64,000 nt of DNA from Bacteriovoracaceae bacterium (GCA_965217035.1 OZ244226.1:744001-808000), one strand, 5' to 3'. Numbered from the stretch's first letter, positions 39,282 to 49,899 are shown. Notes: generated by a model not told the origin, from the sequence alone. A program made the numbers and translations.

Positions 39282-40343
39282 ATGAATAAAATACTCATCT
39301 TTTCATTATTCATCTTTAGCTGGTCAGGGTTCGCGCAAGAATCTGAACAAACTCAAAAAAGCTATACTCGCAAAAGAGTCTTTAATAAATATGTTACATT
39401 TGGTGGATTTACACTTCTTAATTCTTTAAAAAATCGAAAAAAAGTCTACCAATCATTTATCAAAAGACCTATTTCGACTGATGTTCCAAAGCTTGAAAAA
39501 CAATCTAAATTTCGCTGTCATGAAGTTTGTCCTAATAATTTAGGTATTTTGAAAATTAACCAATCAAATTACGAAAAAAATGAAAAGAATTCCTTAAGCT
39601 TCCTTAATGAGGCTTCACACTTTGAAGGGATTATGAAAAAAGAGTATGGTTTTTGCTGGGGACATTCCTCTCTTACAAACCAGCTAAGACATCTTGCTTT
39701 TTTTGATCCAGACAATTCTTTTGAGAGCATTGAGTTTCAAAATGGAACTCAAGAGTGGAGAAATTATATCAAAAAAGCTCTCAGAGATATTTTTCACTTT
39801 CGTCCTCGAATTCTTCCTTTTTTAAGTTCTATAAGAGAACTCTCCGAGTTTTTTGAAGATGATCTAAAAAAACTCGTTATCGATAAATGGGCAAATAATG
39901 CAATCAGTATATCAAATTACTTCAAAAGATTTTCCAATAACAAAAAATATTCTAGAGATGAGCTAAGAAAAAAAATGAAAGAACTGGAAACTCGACTTAA
40001 AAGAGGAGAAACTCCAGAAATTCTTTTTGCTGTGTGGAATAGTGATAATTGGATACACGTCACATTAGTGACAGAAGTTCTTTATAACGAGTTCGACTAT
40101 ACTTATAAATTAACTTTAGATGACAATAGGCAGTTCAATAATATTTCAGAACAAATGGATCCAAGCGAAATTATTATTGATTTGAAAGATCAGAGTATTC
40201 AATATCCTAAAGGTCCTAAATTTGGGGCCGTTGACTCTAAAATAGGCCGACTTGAAATTACGAAAACAAATACAATAATGTATAACGAAATCCTTCCTAG
40301 ACTTGTTAACTTTTGTAAAATCAAAACAGGATGCCTAGAATAA
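39282..40343 (+). CDS. Secreted hypothetical protein, possible papain-like Cys peptidase
   Basis: Signal peptide; GFCWG and WIHVTLV. Confidence 0.65.
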   Translation: MNKILIFSLFIFSWSGFAQESEQTQKSYTRKRVFNKYVTFGGFTLLNSLKNRKKVYQSFIKRPISTDVPKLEKQSKFRCHEVCPNNLGILKINQSNYEKNEKNSLSFLNEASHFEGIMKKEYGFCWGHSSLTNQLRHLAFFDPDNSFESIEFQNGTQEWRNYIKKALRDIFHFRPRILPFLSSIRELSEFFEDDLKKLVIDKWANNAISISNYFKRFSNNKKYSRDELRKKMKELETRLKRGETPEILFAVWNSDNWIHVTLVTEVLYNEFDYTYKLTLDDNRQFNNISEQMDPSEIIIDLKDQSIQYPKGPKFGAVDSKIGRLEITKTNTIMYNEILPRLVNFCKIKTGCLE

Positions 40344-40347
40344 AGGC

Positions 40348-40647
40348 ATGTTAAAATTCTTTTTTTCTATTCTGTCATTCCCGCTTTTAGCAGCCGCTCC
40401 TTGGCATCTCTTTGAAGGATGTTATATCACTCGAGAGGTCAATGGTATAAAAATCAAGAAAGAGCCCTATTGGAATATTCTTTCCCCATCACAGGTAACT
40501 GTCGAAGGATTTTTAAAGTTCGATGTAATCAGAGGAAAAAAGAAAGTTAACTATAAATATAAAGCAAAGCTTGAAAAAGTTTTTTGCTCAAAATCAAAGC
40601 CTAAGAAAAAAAGAATGAATATTCTTCAGCCTTTAATTCAAAATTAA
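40348..40647 (+). CDS. Small secreted protein, possibly a truncated remnant
   Basis: Signal-peptide-like N-terminus, 99 aa. Confidence 0.4.
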   Translation: MLKFFFSILSFPLLAAAPWHLFEGCYITREVNGIKIKKEPYWNILSPSQVTVEGFLKFDVIRGKKKVNYKYKAKLEKVFCSKSKPKKKRMNILQPLIQN

Positions 40648-41550
40648 GCTTTGCTTCCAATAATCGTAAATTAAACCAGCCAGGTAGCGACTGCCCTTAT
40701 TTGAAAGGTTATCGTAGAGAGGATTGTACTCATAAATCCCTAGTGCATGAGGTTTTTTTATGCCTCTTAGCAAAGAAACCATGAGACTTCTTAAATAATG
40801 AGCAGGAATTCCTTTATAACTGACTGCACTTACGGCCTCCATTACCGAACTCTCGATCACGTCTGCATCAATACTAATTATCACTCGATCACATACTTCG
40901 ATCGTTTTTTGAGTGATAAAATCATTCAGAGATAAATCTTTTGAGAAATTCTCTGAAAGAACTCGAAGTTGTTCAAAATTAAATATATCCATATTAGAAA
41001 CTCCTCGAAGAGTTTCTTTGTTATTATTCATTTCACTAATTCCTACTTGAATTAACTTTCCATTCCAACCAGGACAGTTCTGAACAAAACGCCGAAAAGG
41101 ATTTCCTGAATGAGGCTTTTCATCAATTCGTGTGTCGCAATGAGGGTCAATATTAAGAATCAGAAGATTCTTCTCACCTAAATCATATAAACCCTTGAGA
41201 AGGCTATAGATGTGGTCATGACCACCACCGAGATGAACCAATGGATTCTTTGAGGAGAAATTTTTTTTAAACTCTTCCACTGATTGATCGATAGCGCCTG
41301 AATAATCATCAAGGTCTCTAAGTTGGGAAGTCAACGAATGATGAAACACTCTTTGAGAAATTTCGCTATCATTAAGTTTTAAGAATACTGCCATGATTGC
41401 TTGCGGAGCGAATCGACTTCCAAGCCTTCCTTTGTTTTCCTGGACTCCAATATCAGACGGCGAAAGAAAAAGCTGAAGATCTCCTTCTTTTAATAGAGTA
41501 CCCTGGTCAAGAATGAAGCTCTGTAGCCCTTGATTTACTTTATTTTGCAT
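40633..41550 (-). CDS. hutG: Formimidoylglutamase (arginase/ureohydrolase family)
   Basis: N.GR.G...AP, GGGHDH, NIDPHCD.R, HSGNPF, SIDAD, EYNP. Confidence 0.75.
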   Translation of the reverse strand: MQNKVNQGLQSFILDQGTLLKEGDLQLFLSPSDIGVQENKGRLGSRFAPQAIMAVFLKLNDSEISQRVFHHSLTSQLRDLDDYSGAIDQSVEEFKKNFSSKNPLVHLGGGHDHIYSLLKGLYDLGEKNLLILNIDPHCDTRIDEKPHSGNPFRRFVQNCPGWNGKLIQVGISEMNNNKETLRGVSNMDIFNFEQLRVLSENFSKDLSLNDFITQKTIEVCDRVIISIDADVIESSVMEAVSAVSYKGIPAHYLRSLMVSLLRGIKKPHALGIYEYNPLYDNLSNKGSRYLAGLIYDYWKQSLILN

Positions 41551-41634
41551 AATTACCTGTAGATTCTGCTAGGAAAGAAATTTAGTAAAGTTTTTTTTAA
41601 GTTCAAAAACTGATATTCTTTAGGCGGGTAAATC

Positions 41635-42939
41635 ATGGATAAGCTCTGGTACATTCTTAACGATCGTGATCAATTTGGTCCCTTTGACGAAACTGACTTA
41701 CAAAATATGTTTCGTAATGGAAAAATTGATAAAGAGACAACTCTCATGCGTAGAGGGTTTCGCCATCCAGTTCAGGTCAAAGACCTGATCAAGAAACCAC
41801 AGGTCGTAGAAACCAAATCTAAGAATTCGCCAAGGGTCATTAAAGAGTCTTTCAAGAAATCTTCTGTTCCACCTGCCCCACCGCAACAAGAAGCGCCCGC
41901 CCAAACTCCTTCTATAAAAACGACATCTTCTTCCAAGAAACCTTTTATAATAATCTCGAGCTTTGCTATTTTCACAATTCTCGCTTATTCAGGAATGAGA
42001 ACATTTGTCTTGAAGCAATCATTTAATCTCGAAAGACCTAAAAATGTCAGGGCCAAAACTTTTAGCCAACATAAAAAAGCCTTTAAAAAAGCCTATGAGA
42101 GAAATAATCACAAATGGGGCTTTGTTCTCTCTAAAGATTTGAAAAATATTTATCTAATGTCCTCTTTACCAGGAACTCAAAAGGTAAAAATAACATTTAA
42201 AGGTACTCCAAATAAAATTCTCAGTACTCAACCCGTAGAATTTCAATCGGAAGTAGCACTCACTAATAATATTTCAGAAATCAAAGAGTTCAATTTTATA
42301 AAAGGAACTCAAATTATTCCTGGAGCCTACCAAATAGAGCTCGAACTCGTAAAAAGTGAAATGAACACTCTTCAAAAATTCTTTCTTAAAGATTTCAAAA
42401 TAAAAGAAACTTTTAAAGAAAAAATGGTTCTTAAATTTCACTCGAAAAAAACTTATTCGAGAGAATTAGCAAAGTTTCAAAAGCTTCAAAAAAGAAAAAA
42501 CAACGCTTTTGTACAAGATATAAAAATGAAGTATGAAACGCTTCTCACTATCGCTAATCGGATCACGGACAATTTAAACCAAGCTAAAAAAGGACCTCTC
42601 TCAAAAGATCAAGTTGAATTTAGAAAGAATTATTTTCTTCAAGATTATCAAATGAAGTATGGAACATTCTTCAGTAATTTCGTCATTGAGAATGAAAAGA
42701 AATTTAAAGATTTAACAAACTCAACAGACGAATTAAAAACTGGAATTATCGCTCATTATAGTACTCTTTCTTCTATCGCTCGCTCGCTTGGAATGGTCTC
42801 AATTGATGCCATTGACAGCTTCACTGGGCTTAGCAAGGATCGTGAAATCTTCTCTCCCATCTTAAAGCGCTATGAGTCTATCATAACAACTTGCAAAAAA
42901 AAGATCGACAAGCTCGAAAATATTGACCTCAAACAATAA
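41635..42939 (+). CDS. GYF_2-domain bitopic membrane protein
   Basis: WY.....QFGPF...L......G.I...T N-terminus, Pro-rich linker, TM segment, large C-terminal region. Confidence 0.7.
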   Translation: MDKLWYILNDRDQFGPFDETDLQNMFRNGKIDKETTLMRRGFRHPVQVKDLIKKPQVVETKSKNSPRVIKESFKKSSVPPAPPQQEAPAQTPSIKTTSSSKKPFIIISSFAIFTILAYSGMRTFVLKQSFNLERPKNVRAKTFSQHKKAFKKAYERNNHKWGFVLSKDLKNIYLMSSLPGTQKVKITFKGTPNKILSTQPVEFQSEVALTNNISEIKEFNFIKGTQIIPGAYQIELELVKSEMNTLQKFFLKDFKIKETFKEKMVLKFHSKKTYSRELAKFQKLQKRKNNAFVQDIKMKYETLLTIANRITDNLNQAKKGPLSKDQVEFRKNYFLQDYQMKYGTFFSNFVIENEKKFKDLTNSTDELKTGIIAHYSTLSSIARSLGMVSIDAIDSFTGLSKDREIFSPILKRYESIITTCKKKIDKLENIDLKQ

Positions 42940-43059
42940 CCCAGTCTTTCATTTATATTCATTACATTGACACTATTAAGATTTCGTTAAACCGATTTTG
43001 GACAGCAGTCTTCCCTCCACTCATTTGATATATCTATTTAATAACCTGGTGGCTCAGAT

Positions 43060-44244
43060 ATGGATGAAAAAATGAATACTATGACTAAATCAACGACAAC
43101 AAAAATTGAGAACACCTCACAATCAGAAGGGCTTAATTGGAAACTTATAATATCAAGTTATGTTCCCGTCATTATACTTCTTTTCATTTTCCTCGTTGGA
43201 GTTAAGTCATTTTCAAGTTCGTTTAAACTTATGGGAGGAGATTTTGCAAAAAGTCTTCTCAGTGGAACGGCCAATCCATTTCTTTCCTTAATGTCTGGAA
43301 TGCTTGCAACAGTTCTCGTTCAAAGCTCTTCAGCGACAACGGCCATCATTGTTGGGCTTGTTTCTAGTGGAACTCTCGGTATTCCAGCTGCAGTCCCAAT
43401 GATCATGGGAGCAAATCTCGGAACAAGTGTTACGAATACATTAGTTTCTCTAGGATACGTTAGTAGTAATAAAAGCTTCGCAAGAGCTTTTGCCTCGGGA
43501 ACCATTCATGACTTTTTTAACTTTTTAAGTGTGATCGTTCTTCTACCAATTGAACTTGCGACAGGAGTTCTTAGCACTTGGGCAACAACTTTAGCTAATA
43601 TGCTTTATGGAACATCAGAGAATGTTAAGTTCTCGAGTCCGATCAAAGCAGCTATAAAACCATTTGCTAAAGGTCTTAAAGCATTTGTAACAGATGTTTT
43701 AGGCATGGAAGGTTCTTCAGCTGGCTTGATGTTAGCACTTATCTCGGCCGTACTGATTATTGCTTCACTGGCTTTCATCGTTAAGGTCACGAAAAAAATC
43801 GTTGAGTCTTCGAGGGCCGAAATTCTTGACAGGATTTTCTCGAAAAGTGCTTTTGGGACAATTATTTTTGGAACGATATTTACTTTTGCAGTCCAATCAA
43901 GCTCAATTACAACTTCGCTTATGGTTCCACTCGCAGCTTCCGGAATGCTCAGCCTTGAGTCAATCTTTCCTGTCACAGTCGGGGCCAATATTGGAACAAC
44001 AACAACCGCCCTTCTCGCATCACTTACAGGAAATGTTCACGGTCTCACGATTGCGATTGTTCACTTCCTCTTTAATATTATAGGAATGCTTATATGGTTT
44101 GTGCCTCCGTTTACAAGAAGAGTCCCAATCCTTCTCACCGAGACACTTGCAAAACTTGTTCTAAAGAAAAGAAGATACGGCTTTATCTACGTAACAACCG
44201 TTTTCTTCTTATTGCCATTAGGTTGTAGCTTCTTTTTCAATTAA
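43060..44244 (+). CDS. nptA: Na+/phosphate symporter (NptA/SLC34 family)
   Basis: QSSS motif twice; GANLGT and GANIGTT. Confidence 0.88.
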   Translation: MDEKMNTMTKSTTTKIENTSQSEGLNWKLIISSYVPVIILLFIFLVGVKSFSSSFKLMGGDFAKSLLSGTANPFLSLMSGMLATVLVQSSSATTAIIVGLVSSGTLGIPAAVPMIMGANLGTSVTNTLVSLGYVSSNKSFARAFASGTIHDFFNFLSVIVLLPIELATGVLSTWATTLANMLYGTSENVKFSSPIKAAIKPFAKGLKAFVTDVLGMEGSSAGLMLALISAVLIIASLAFIVKVTKKIVESSRAEILDRIFSKSAFGTIIFGTIFTFAVQSSSITTSLMVPLAASGMLSLESIFPVTVGANIGTTTTALLASLTGNVHGLTIAIVHFLFNIIGMLIWFVPPFTRRVPILLTETLAKLVLKKRRYGFIYVTTVFFLLPLGCSFFFN

Positions 44245-44258
44245 GCTTTAACAAGCAC

Positions 44259-44720
44259 TTAGTTAGTTTTAAGCCATTCAAAAAGCGAATAATGCTCATC
44301 CTGCATTCCTAGCTTTTTGTAAACCTGGATTGCTCGTTGGTTCGTCTTATCAACGTAAAGTCTTAAGCCTTTAAAGCTGTCATCATTCTTCACTCTTGTT
44401 TGCATTTCAAGATAAAAAGCTCTGAAGGCTCCCGATTTTCTCGCATCAGGTTTCACATAAACAGAATGAATCCAGATGACATTACCACAGCGCCAATCAC
44501 TCCATTCGTAAAGAGTAAGCGCCGACCCAACAATCTCATCTTCAAGCTTGAAAATATAATAATGACCGATGACTGGGTTCTCAAAAACGTGACGTACCCC
44601 TTTTTGGACGGTCGCAAGATCAAGAGCAAAGTCTTCTGTTTCCTTTGCCATCGCAATCTGAAAAGAAGCGATCTCTTCTGAATGTTTTTTTTGGGCTTGA
44701 ATTATTTCTATCATGTTCAA
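44259..44720 (-). CDS. GNAT acetyltransferase
   Basis: EWSDWR.G...WIHSVYV, LRLYVDKTN.RA..VY..LGM. Confidence 0.88.
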   Translation of the reverse strand: MNMIEIIQAQKKHSEEIASFQIAMAKETEDFALDLATVQKGVRHVFENPVIGHYYIFKLEDEIVGSALTLYEWSDWRCGNVIWIHSVYVKPDARKSGAFRAFYLEMQTRVKNDDSFKGLRLYVDKTNQRAIQVYKKLGMQDEHYSLFEWLKTN

Positions 44721-44747
44721 AAAGAATAAAGGGAAATTTGATTAACT

Positions 44748-45788
44748 TCAAGTCTCATAGACAGAAAGATTTTTAATAAGTTTTCCAGAAGCTGTATAAT
44801 AAAACTGCGGAACTGATCGAATATCAAATTTAAGGCCAAGCGATTCAAATGGCTTTATCGGGACCTCTTTAAGAATGATCAAAAGAGGAACTTTCCCTTG
44901 TCTTTCTGATAAATCATAAGTCAAAAAAAAGCTCTCTCGGCTCATTCCTAATTTTTCAATCTGATCTTCCCAGAAATCGAGATTATACATCTTGCCATTA
45001 ATTTTAATGGTCCGATCAAATCGTCCTTGAACTTCTAATATACTACCATGGATCATTGCCCTATCTTCTGTCGGAAAATAACCATCAATGAGGAAACTCT
45101 CATAACTTTCTATAGACATTCTCCCCCTTTGAAACTTTAAAAGTTTTTTAAAATGAAAAGGGCTCCTAACAAGTAAACGATCTTCTTGAATTTTCATTTT
45201 AACCCATGGGAGTATTGTGAGATTTCCTGACTTACCTGTCGCTAATTGAGAACAGAATTCTGTTGCTCCGTAAGTTGTGAGAAACTTTATTCCTGAAGAA
45301 AGTTTTGCTTTTAAAGATCGATTTAATTTAGATCCTCCGATAAAAATTCCATCATAGTGACTTAAATCTTTTCCCTGATTAATTAAATCAAAGACTTGAG
45401 TCGGAATAAGTGATGTCCATTTCCCATTTTCCGGAAAAAGACTCGCATTCCATGGGAGGTGTTCATGTATCCGAAATCCTGCGATAATTTGTCGATAAAG
45501 AATAGAACATCCTCCCATAAAGAAGGTTGGTAATGAGAGGACATAGTCAGACTTCGAATTGATGGAGAAATGAGAACAAAGCGATTCTGCATGCCCTAAC
45601 ATCATCTTATGGGAGATTTCATAGACCTTCGATTCTCCCCTTGAAGTCGTCCCAGAAGAAGCCAGGAAGAGTGTATCTGAGACTTTATACTCGGAAATAT
45701 AAGTTTGTATTTTCTCTCTTAGAAACTCTCTTTCAGGAGAAAGAAGAATGAGGTTTTCACCTTTTTTTATCTTTCTAAATAATTCCAT
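44748..45788 (-). CDS. menE: O-succinylbenzoate--CoA ligase (short, divergent)
   Basis: SSGTT, LP.F.MGG, TYGATE, T.D, GR.D..IK; men operon context. Confidence 0.8.
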   Translation of the reverse strand: MELFRKIKKGENLILLSPEREFLREKIQTYISEYKVSDTLFLASSGTTSRGESKVYEISHKMMLGHAESLCSHFSINSKSDYVLSLPTFFMGGCSILYRQIIAGFRIHEHLPWNASLFPENGKWTSLIPTQVFDLINQGKDLSHYDGIFIGGSKLNRSLKAKLSSGIKFLTTYGATEFCSQLATGKSGNLTILPWVKMKIQEDRLLVRSPFHFKKLLKFQRGRMSIESYESFLIDGYFPTEDRAMIHGSILEVQGRFDRTIKINGKMYNLDFWEDQIEKLGMSRESFFLTYDLSERQGKVPLLIILKEVPIKPFESLGLKFDIRSVPQFYYTASGKLIKNLSVYET

Positions 45789-46624
45789 TCTAAACCTTTA
45801 AGTTTTTTATAATACGCTAGAATCATTTCTGGCTCAATTGATAGACAAGAACGTTTTATAGAGAAAATATTATGATCACAGTTAAAGTAAATTCCATGAT
45901 AATTCTTGAGATTCCCGAAAGAAACAAGATCACAATAATCATGCCATGAGGCAAGTGGAGCAACAAAATTAGATGTAAAAACTGCCTGAGAACATTGAGT
46001 GGAATAAACTCCTCTCACATTGGGCTTTAAAATTTTTTTATCATCGAGATCCACTTTATAATTATTATAAGCATGATCGATTCTTATTTTTTTAAATTTT
46101 AGTTTTTGATAATTGACTGATGAATAAGGAAATGGATCTTCGACGTACTCAATCTGAGAACAAATATTGCTCCCAAGGACTCTTAAGAGTACCTGGAAAC
46201 TTTCTAAGCTATATTTCTCATTACAATCAAGGCGTAAGATCTTAAATCTTTTAGCGATTTTTCTTATTTGATAAACATCGTCTTCAATATCACCATTTAG
46301 TTTTAGCTTTATTACAGACTTTGAGATTAAGATTAAACTTTCATCTTTATAAAACGAGTTATTTCTTATGCCGATTCGAGGCACCTTTCTTAAAGAATGA
46401 TAAAAAAAGCAATCCTTCCATGCTCTTCCTATAATTGTCGCTGTTGTCCCTTGATAGCGTCTTAGTTTAATATCATCTAGAATATCAGAAATTTTTTTTT
46501 GTCCTAGATTTTCCCAAGCTGAATATTCAGAATACCCCCATTGATCTCCACCAAAATGAACTCTTAAACGGAGAATTTCCTTGCCCTCAAATTTCTCTCT
46601 AAAAGTATAAACATCTAAAGCCAT
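45767..46624 (-). CDS. menC: O-succinylbenzoate synthase (divergent enolase superfamily)
   Basis: KLK, LRLDCN, YVEDP, ILKP; context. Confidence 0.75.
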   Translation of the reverse strand: MALDVYTFREKFEGKEILRLRVHFGGDQWGYSEYSAWENLGQKKISDILDDIKLRRYQGTTATIIGRAWKDCFFYHSLRKVPRIGIRNNSFYKDESLILISKSVIKLKLNGDIEDDVYQIRKIAKRFKILRLDCNEKYSLESFQVLLRVLGSNICSQIEYVEDPFPYSSVNYQKLKFKKIRIDHAYNNYKVDLDDKKILKPNVRGVYSTQCSQAVFTSNFVAPLASWHDYCDLVSFGNLKNYHGIYFNCDHNIFSIKRSCLSIEPEMILAYYKKLKGLEWNYLER

Positions 46625-47466
46625 AGCCAGATTTCTCCAAGAAAAAAGAGAAGAAGGAAGAGTATTGCCAAAGGGAAGTTTCTAGCATGATCTGAAGGAT
46701 TCTCTGCTTTTCTAAGTCTGAAAATATAAAAAAGACCAAAAATGATGATAAGAGCAAAAGGTAAGAAATCATTCCTCATTTCGTAATAAATAAAACTTAA
46801 TAAATAAATCATTAATACAATAGAAATCAAAAAAAATTTGTATCTTTTCTCTCCCAGTATGACGGCGAGTGTTCTTTTATAAACTTTTTCGTCAGTATCC
46901 AAGTCTCGAATATTATTTCCTCCAATAATTAAAATAGAGAAAAATCCTTGCAAAAATGAAAGCAAAATACTTTCTGTCGTCCATTGATGAGCAATGGCAT
47001 AAGCTGTACCAAGACAGGCAACCAAGCCAAAAAAAAGAAGAACAAATAACTCACCAAGAGCATTATAAGCCAAGGGATAAGGCCCTGCTGTATAACCATA
47101 TGCAAAGTAAGCTGATAGGAATCCGGCTATTTGAAACCCCCAATGCAAACCAAGTAAAGGTATCGAAGCCATCGCTGCAATTGCCAACGAAAGATAGGCT
47201 AACTTCAGAACAGATAGACTTGAAAGCTGTTCACCTGCATAGCGATCAGGTCCTACTCTTTCAGTGTCAGCTCCTTTAATATAATCATAATAATCGTTAA
47301 AATAATTTGTCGCGATTTGAATAAAGATTCCAACCAAAAGACAGTTTATGAGAAGACTTGGAGCTTTTAATAAATTTGCATTATCATAATAGAGGAAAAT
47401 ACTTAATACAGGAACGAGAGAGGCAATGAGAGTTTTGGGTCTCGCTCCAAAAACAATCGCTTTCAT
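46615..47466 (-). CDS. menA: DHNA polyprenyltransferase
   Basis: ARPKTL.AS, QIATNYFNDYYD, NNIRD...D...KRTLAV. Confidence 0.92.
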   Translation of the reverse strand: MKAIVFGARPKTLIASLVPVLSIFLYYDNANLLKAPSLLINCLLVGIFIQIATNYFNDYYDYIKGADTERVGPDRYAGEQLSSLSVLKLAYLSLAIAAMASIPLLGLHWGFQIAGFLSAYFAYGYTAGPYPLAYNALGELFVLLFFGLVACLGTAYAIAHQWTTESILLSFLQGFFSILIIGGNNIRDLDTDEKVYKRTLAVILGEKRYKFFLISIVLMIYLLSFIYYEMRNDFLPFALIIIFGLFYIFRLRKAENPSDHARNFPLAILFLLLFFLGEIWLWL

Positions 47467-48914
47467 GCTAAGGCCTTACTTTTAAAAACCTTATTAATTA
47501 TATTTTTGTAATCACTCCAAAAATTTTCAGTTTTTAAATTATCTACTTTAACCTCATTTATTTGCTCAAAATCATCGAAATTTTCATCGATAACTTTATA
47601 AGACTTTTCAAATCCTTTAGAAATTCCACCATAACTTTTATCATGAGAACAAATGATCTCCTTAGAAGTTTTAATTCTCTCAAATATTTGTCCTCCCTGA
47701 TTATTTATAATAAAAATTTTTAAGTTTTTAGGGAAATCATTAAAAAGAGCGGAAATATCATATTGAAACGAAAGATCACCCAAAATCAAACTATAATCCT
47801 GATTTCGATTAGTAGATGCTGCTCCTAATGCCATGGAGATTAACCCATCAATTCCATTTGCGCCTCTTGCAAGAATTATTTTATTTGGGATCTTAAAAAA
47901 CTTTGCATAACGTACAGGCATACTATTTCCAAAAAAGATCACATCATTCTTAAGAGCTTTTAAAAGTTTTCCTATCTGATAGACTTCAGATTTTATATTT
48001 TTCTCCAATATCTTATCAAGATTAAGAGACAGATCAGTGAGATCTCTAGGATCATAGGGAATCCTCTCAATTAACTGTTTTGAACTGATTTCATGATCGA
48101 GAATAACGGTACCATAATGAAGAGATGGTTTAGCGACTGGAGAAATATGATATACGTCGGTTGAGTATAATTGTCTCCAGAATTTAGAATTAGGACAATC
48201 ACCAATTCTTATAATAGAGCGTATCTCGAGATCAAGAATTAATTTTTGAATAACTTCGTCTGATGAAATTTCATTTGATGACGTTTTTCCATAAAATGGA
48301 GATCCAACTTCTTGATAAACATAGCTCGGAGATGACTTGATAACTTCATAAAGTTTAGGATAGTGAGTAAGATTATCAAATGAATTAAGTATAAAAAGAT
48401 TCTTTTTCCAATCAATTTGAAAACGGAAATCGTGTGAGTATGAAATTTGACTTTCTTGGATGTTCTCTAGATTTATTTTTAAATTGATTCCAATTGGATA
48501 AATACCTAGAAGATCATGAGACTTTATTGGAATTCCTTTTTGATAAGTAAAATCTCTATAGTTTCGGCAATAAGGTCTCAACATTAGCTTTTGATCTACC
48601 ATCTGGGGAGCAAAGGAGCTATCAAGAGCAGATGGTCTGTCGGCAGTGATAAAAATAAGTTTTGAATTTGAAAAAAAGGCCTCTACGAGAGCTGGAAGAA
48701 TTTCCGCAACAGCTGTTCCTGATGTTGTTACTAAAGCAACTGGTTTATTTAATACTTTGGCTGCACCAAGAGCTTGAAAAGCCATTGATCTCTCATCATA
48801 TCCCATTATAAGTTCGAATTCAGAAAACTCTTCTAAAAGGATTGCATTTCTCGCTCCTGCTCCAAAGTATATTTTCTCTAACCCTAGACTTTTAAGTTTT
48901 TCAATCAATTTCAT
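47463..48914 (-). CDS. menD: SEPHCHC synthase (ThDP-dependent)
   Basis: GARN, DERS.AF.ALG, TTSGTA, TADRP, RGANGIDG, GDLSF..D, NNQGG.IF. Confidence 0.9.
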   Translation of the reverse strand: MKLIEKLKSLGLEKIYFGAGARNAILLEEFSEFELIMGYDERSMAFQALGAAKVLNKPVALVTTSGTAVAEILPALVEAFFSNSKLIFITADRPSALDSSFAPQMVDQKLMLRPYCRNYRDFTYQKGIPIKSHDLLGIYPIGINLKINLENIQESQISYSHDFRFQIDWKKNLFILNSFDNLTHYPKLYEVIKSSPSYVYQEVGSPFYGKTSSNEISSDEVIQKLILDLEIRSIIRIGDCPNSKFWRQLYSTDVYHISPVAKPSLHYGTVILDHEISSKQLIERIPYDPRDLTDLSLNLDKILEKNIKSEVYQIGKLLKALKNDVIFFGNSMPVRYAKFFKIPNKIILARGANGIDGLISMALGAASTNRNQDYSLILGDLSFQYDISALFNDFPKNLKIFIINNQGGQIFERIKTSKEIICSHDKSYGGISKGFEKSYKVIDENFDDFEQINEVKVDNLKTENFWSDYKNIINKVFKSKALA

Positions 48915-49860
48915 AATTAAAATACCTGAGAACGTTAAGTGCCTTCATATGCGACTCATCTAATTCTTCTTTCAATCCCGAACTGCCGACAATTCCACAT
49001 CCAGCATTTATTTCAGCTCTATTTCCAGACCATGTAATATTTCTAATCATAACGATCGCTTTTTGATCATTGCCTTTCTTTAGCTCTAGAATTCCTCCAT
49101 ATTGCTTTTTTTTATAATCTTGTTCGAAACTTAACTCATCTTTGGATTTTTCAAATGCCTTAGAGGGATAGCCCCCCAATGCGGCAGTCGGTGCAAATTT
49201 ACTGATAAGTTCTTTTGAGTTTATTTCTGACTTAACTAGAATTTTGGTTAGGAGATGAAAGTAATCACCATATTTTAAAATTCTCTGAGGCTCTTGAACA
49301 TACCTATAATCTAAATCAAAAAGCTTTTCCTTAATATCATCAATGACAAAGTTATGCTCTGAAGCAAGTTTGGTATTAAAGAGATTTTCAGAACTTTTGC
49401 TAGTTCCCGCTAAAGCGACAAGTTCGCAATGTGTGTCTCGTGCATGATAAAGTATCTCTGGGCTGATTCCTATTTTCCCCGAATTCTTTCCCCAAAGTGC
49501 ATAGATGTTATGCTCTCCGTTAAAATCGAAGCGAAGAAAGTCTTCAATTTGAATTTTCCTCTCGAACTCGAGATTAAGCGAATTATAAACGACAGCCTTT
49601 TTAATAACTTTATTTGCAATGAGTGATTTCGCTTTTCGATAATCTTCTTCGAATCTTTTATCCTGAAATTCGAATTGAGTTATTTTATTCTTCGAAGGAA
49701 CAAGTTCAGTTTCCTTGATTATAGAAAAATCTCCTTCAAGATTCCCTCTTCTATCAAAAACCCTAATGAAGTCACTATCATCAGATCGACTTCTCAATTC
49801 AAATCGTTGAATTTCTGATCCGATATTCAATATTGCTTGATTCGGAGATTCGACAAGCAT
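48901..49860 (-). CDS. menF: Isochorismate synthase (short)
   Basis: SPE, ALAGT, K...EH, PTAALGG.P, AGCGIV. Confidence 0.82.
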   Translation of the reverse strand: MLVESPNQAILNIGSEIQRFELRSRSDDSDFIRVFDRRGNLEGDFSIIKETELVPSKNKITQFEFQDKRFEEDYRKAKSLIANKVIKKAVVYNSLNLEFERKIQIEDFLRFDFNGEHNIYALWGKNSGKIGISPEILYHARDTHCELVALAGTSKSSENLFNTKLASEHNFVIDDIKEKLFDLDYRYVQEPQRILKYGDYFHLLTKILVKSEINSKELISKFAPTAALGGYPSKAFEKSKDELSFEQDYKKKQYGGILELKKGNDQKAIVMIRNITWSGNRAEINAGCGIVGSSGLKEELDESHMKALNVLRYFNYEID

Positions 49861-49875
49861 AAGACCTCCTTAATA

Positions 49876-49899
49876 ATCGTTCGAGAGTTCTTGAACGAT
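49876..49899. promoter_or_regulatory. Palindromic operator candidate ATCGTTC-N10-GAACGAT overlapping the aroF -35
   Basis: Inverted repeat between menF and aroF; overlaps TTGAAC-N17-TAAGTT (TG-extended -10). Confidence 0.65.

Noticed and set aside
41586..41616. Sigma-28 promoter upstream of the GYF membrane protein
   Set aside because: Spacer is 19 nt rather than 15 and the -10 is poor
42960..42995. Pho-box-like TTAA repeats at 11-bp spacing upstream of nptA
   Set aside because: Only two short AT-rich units; not distinguishable from chance
49876..49899. GTTC/GAAC motif as a LexA box
   Set aside because: Geometry (GTTC-N10-GAAC) differs from the GAAC-N4-GTTC and GTTC-N7-GTTC SOS boxes, and no copy was seen upstream of uvrB
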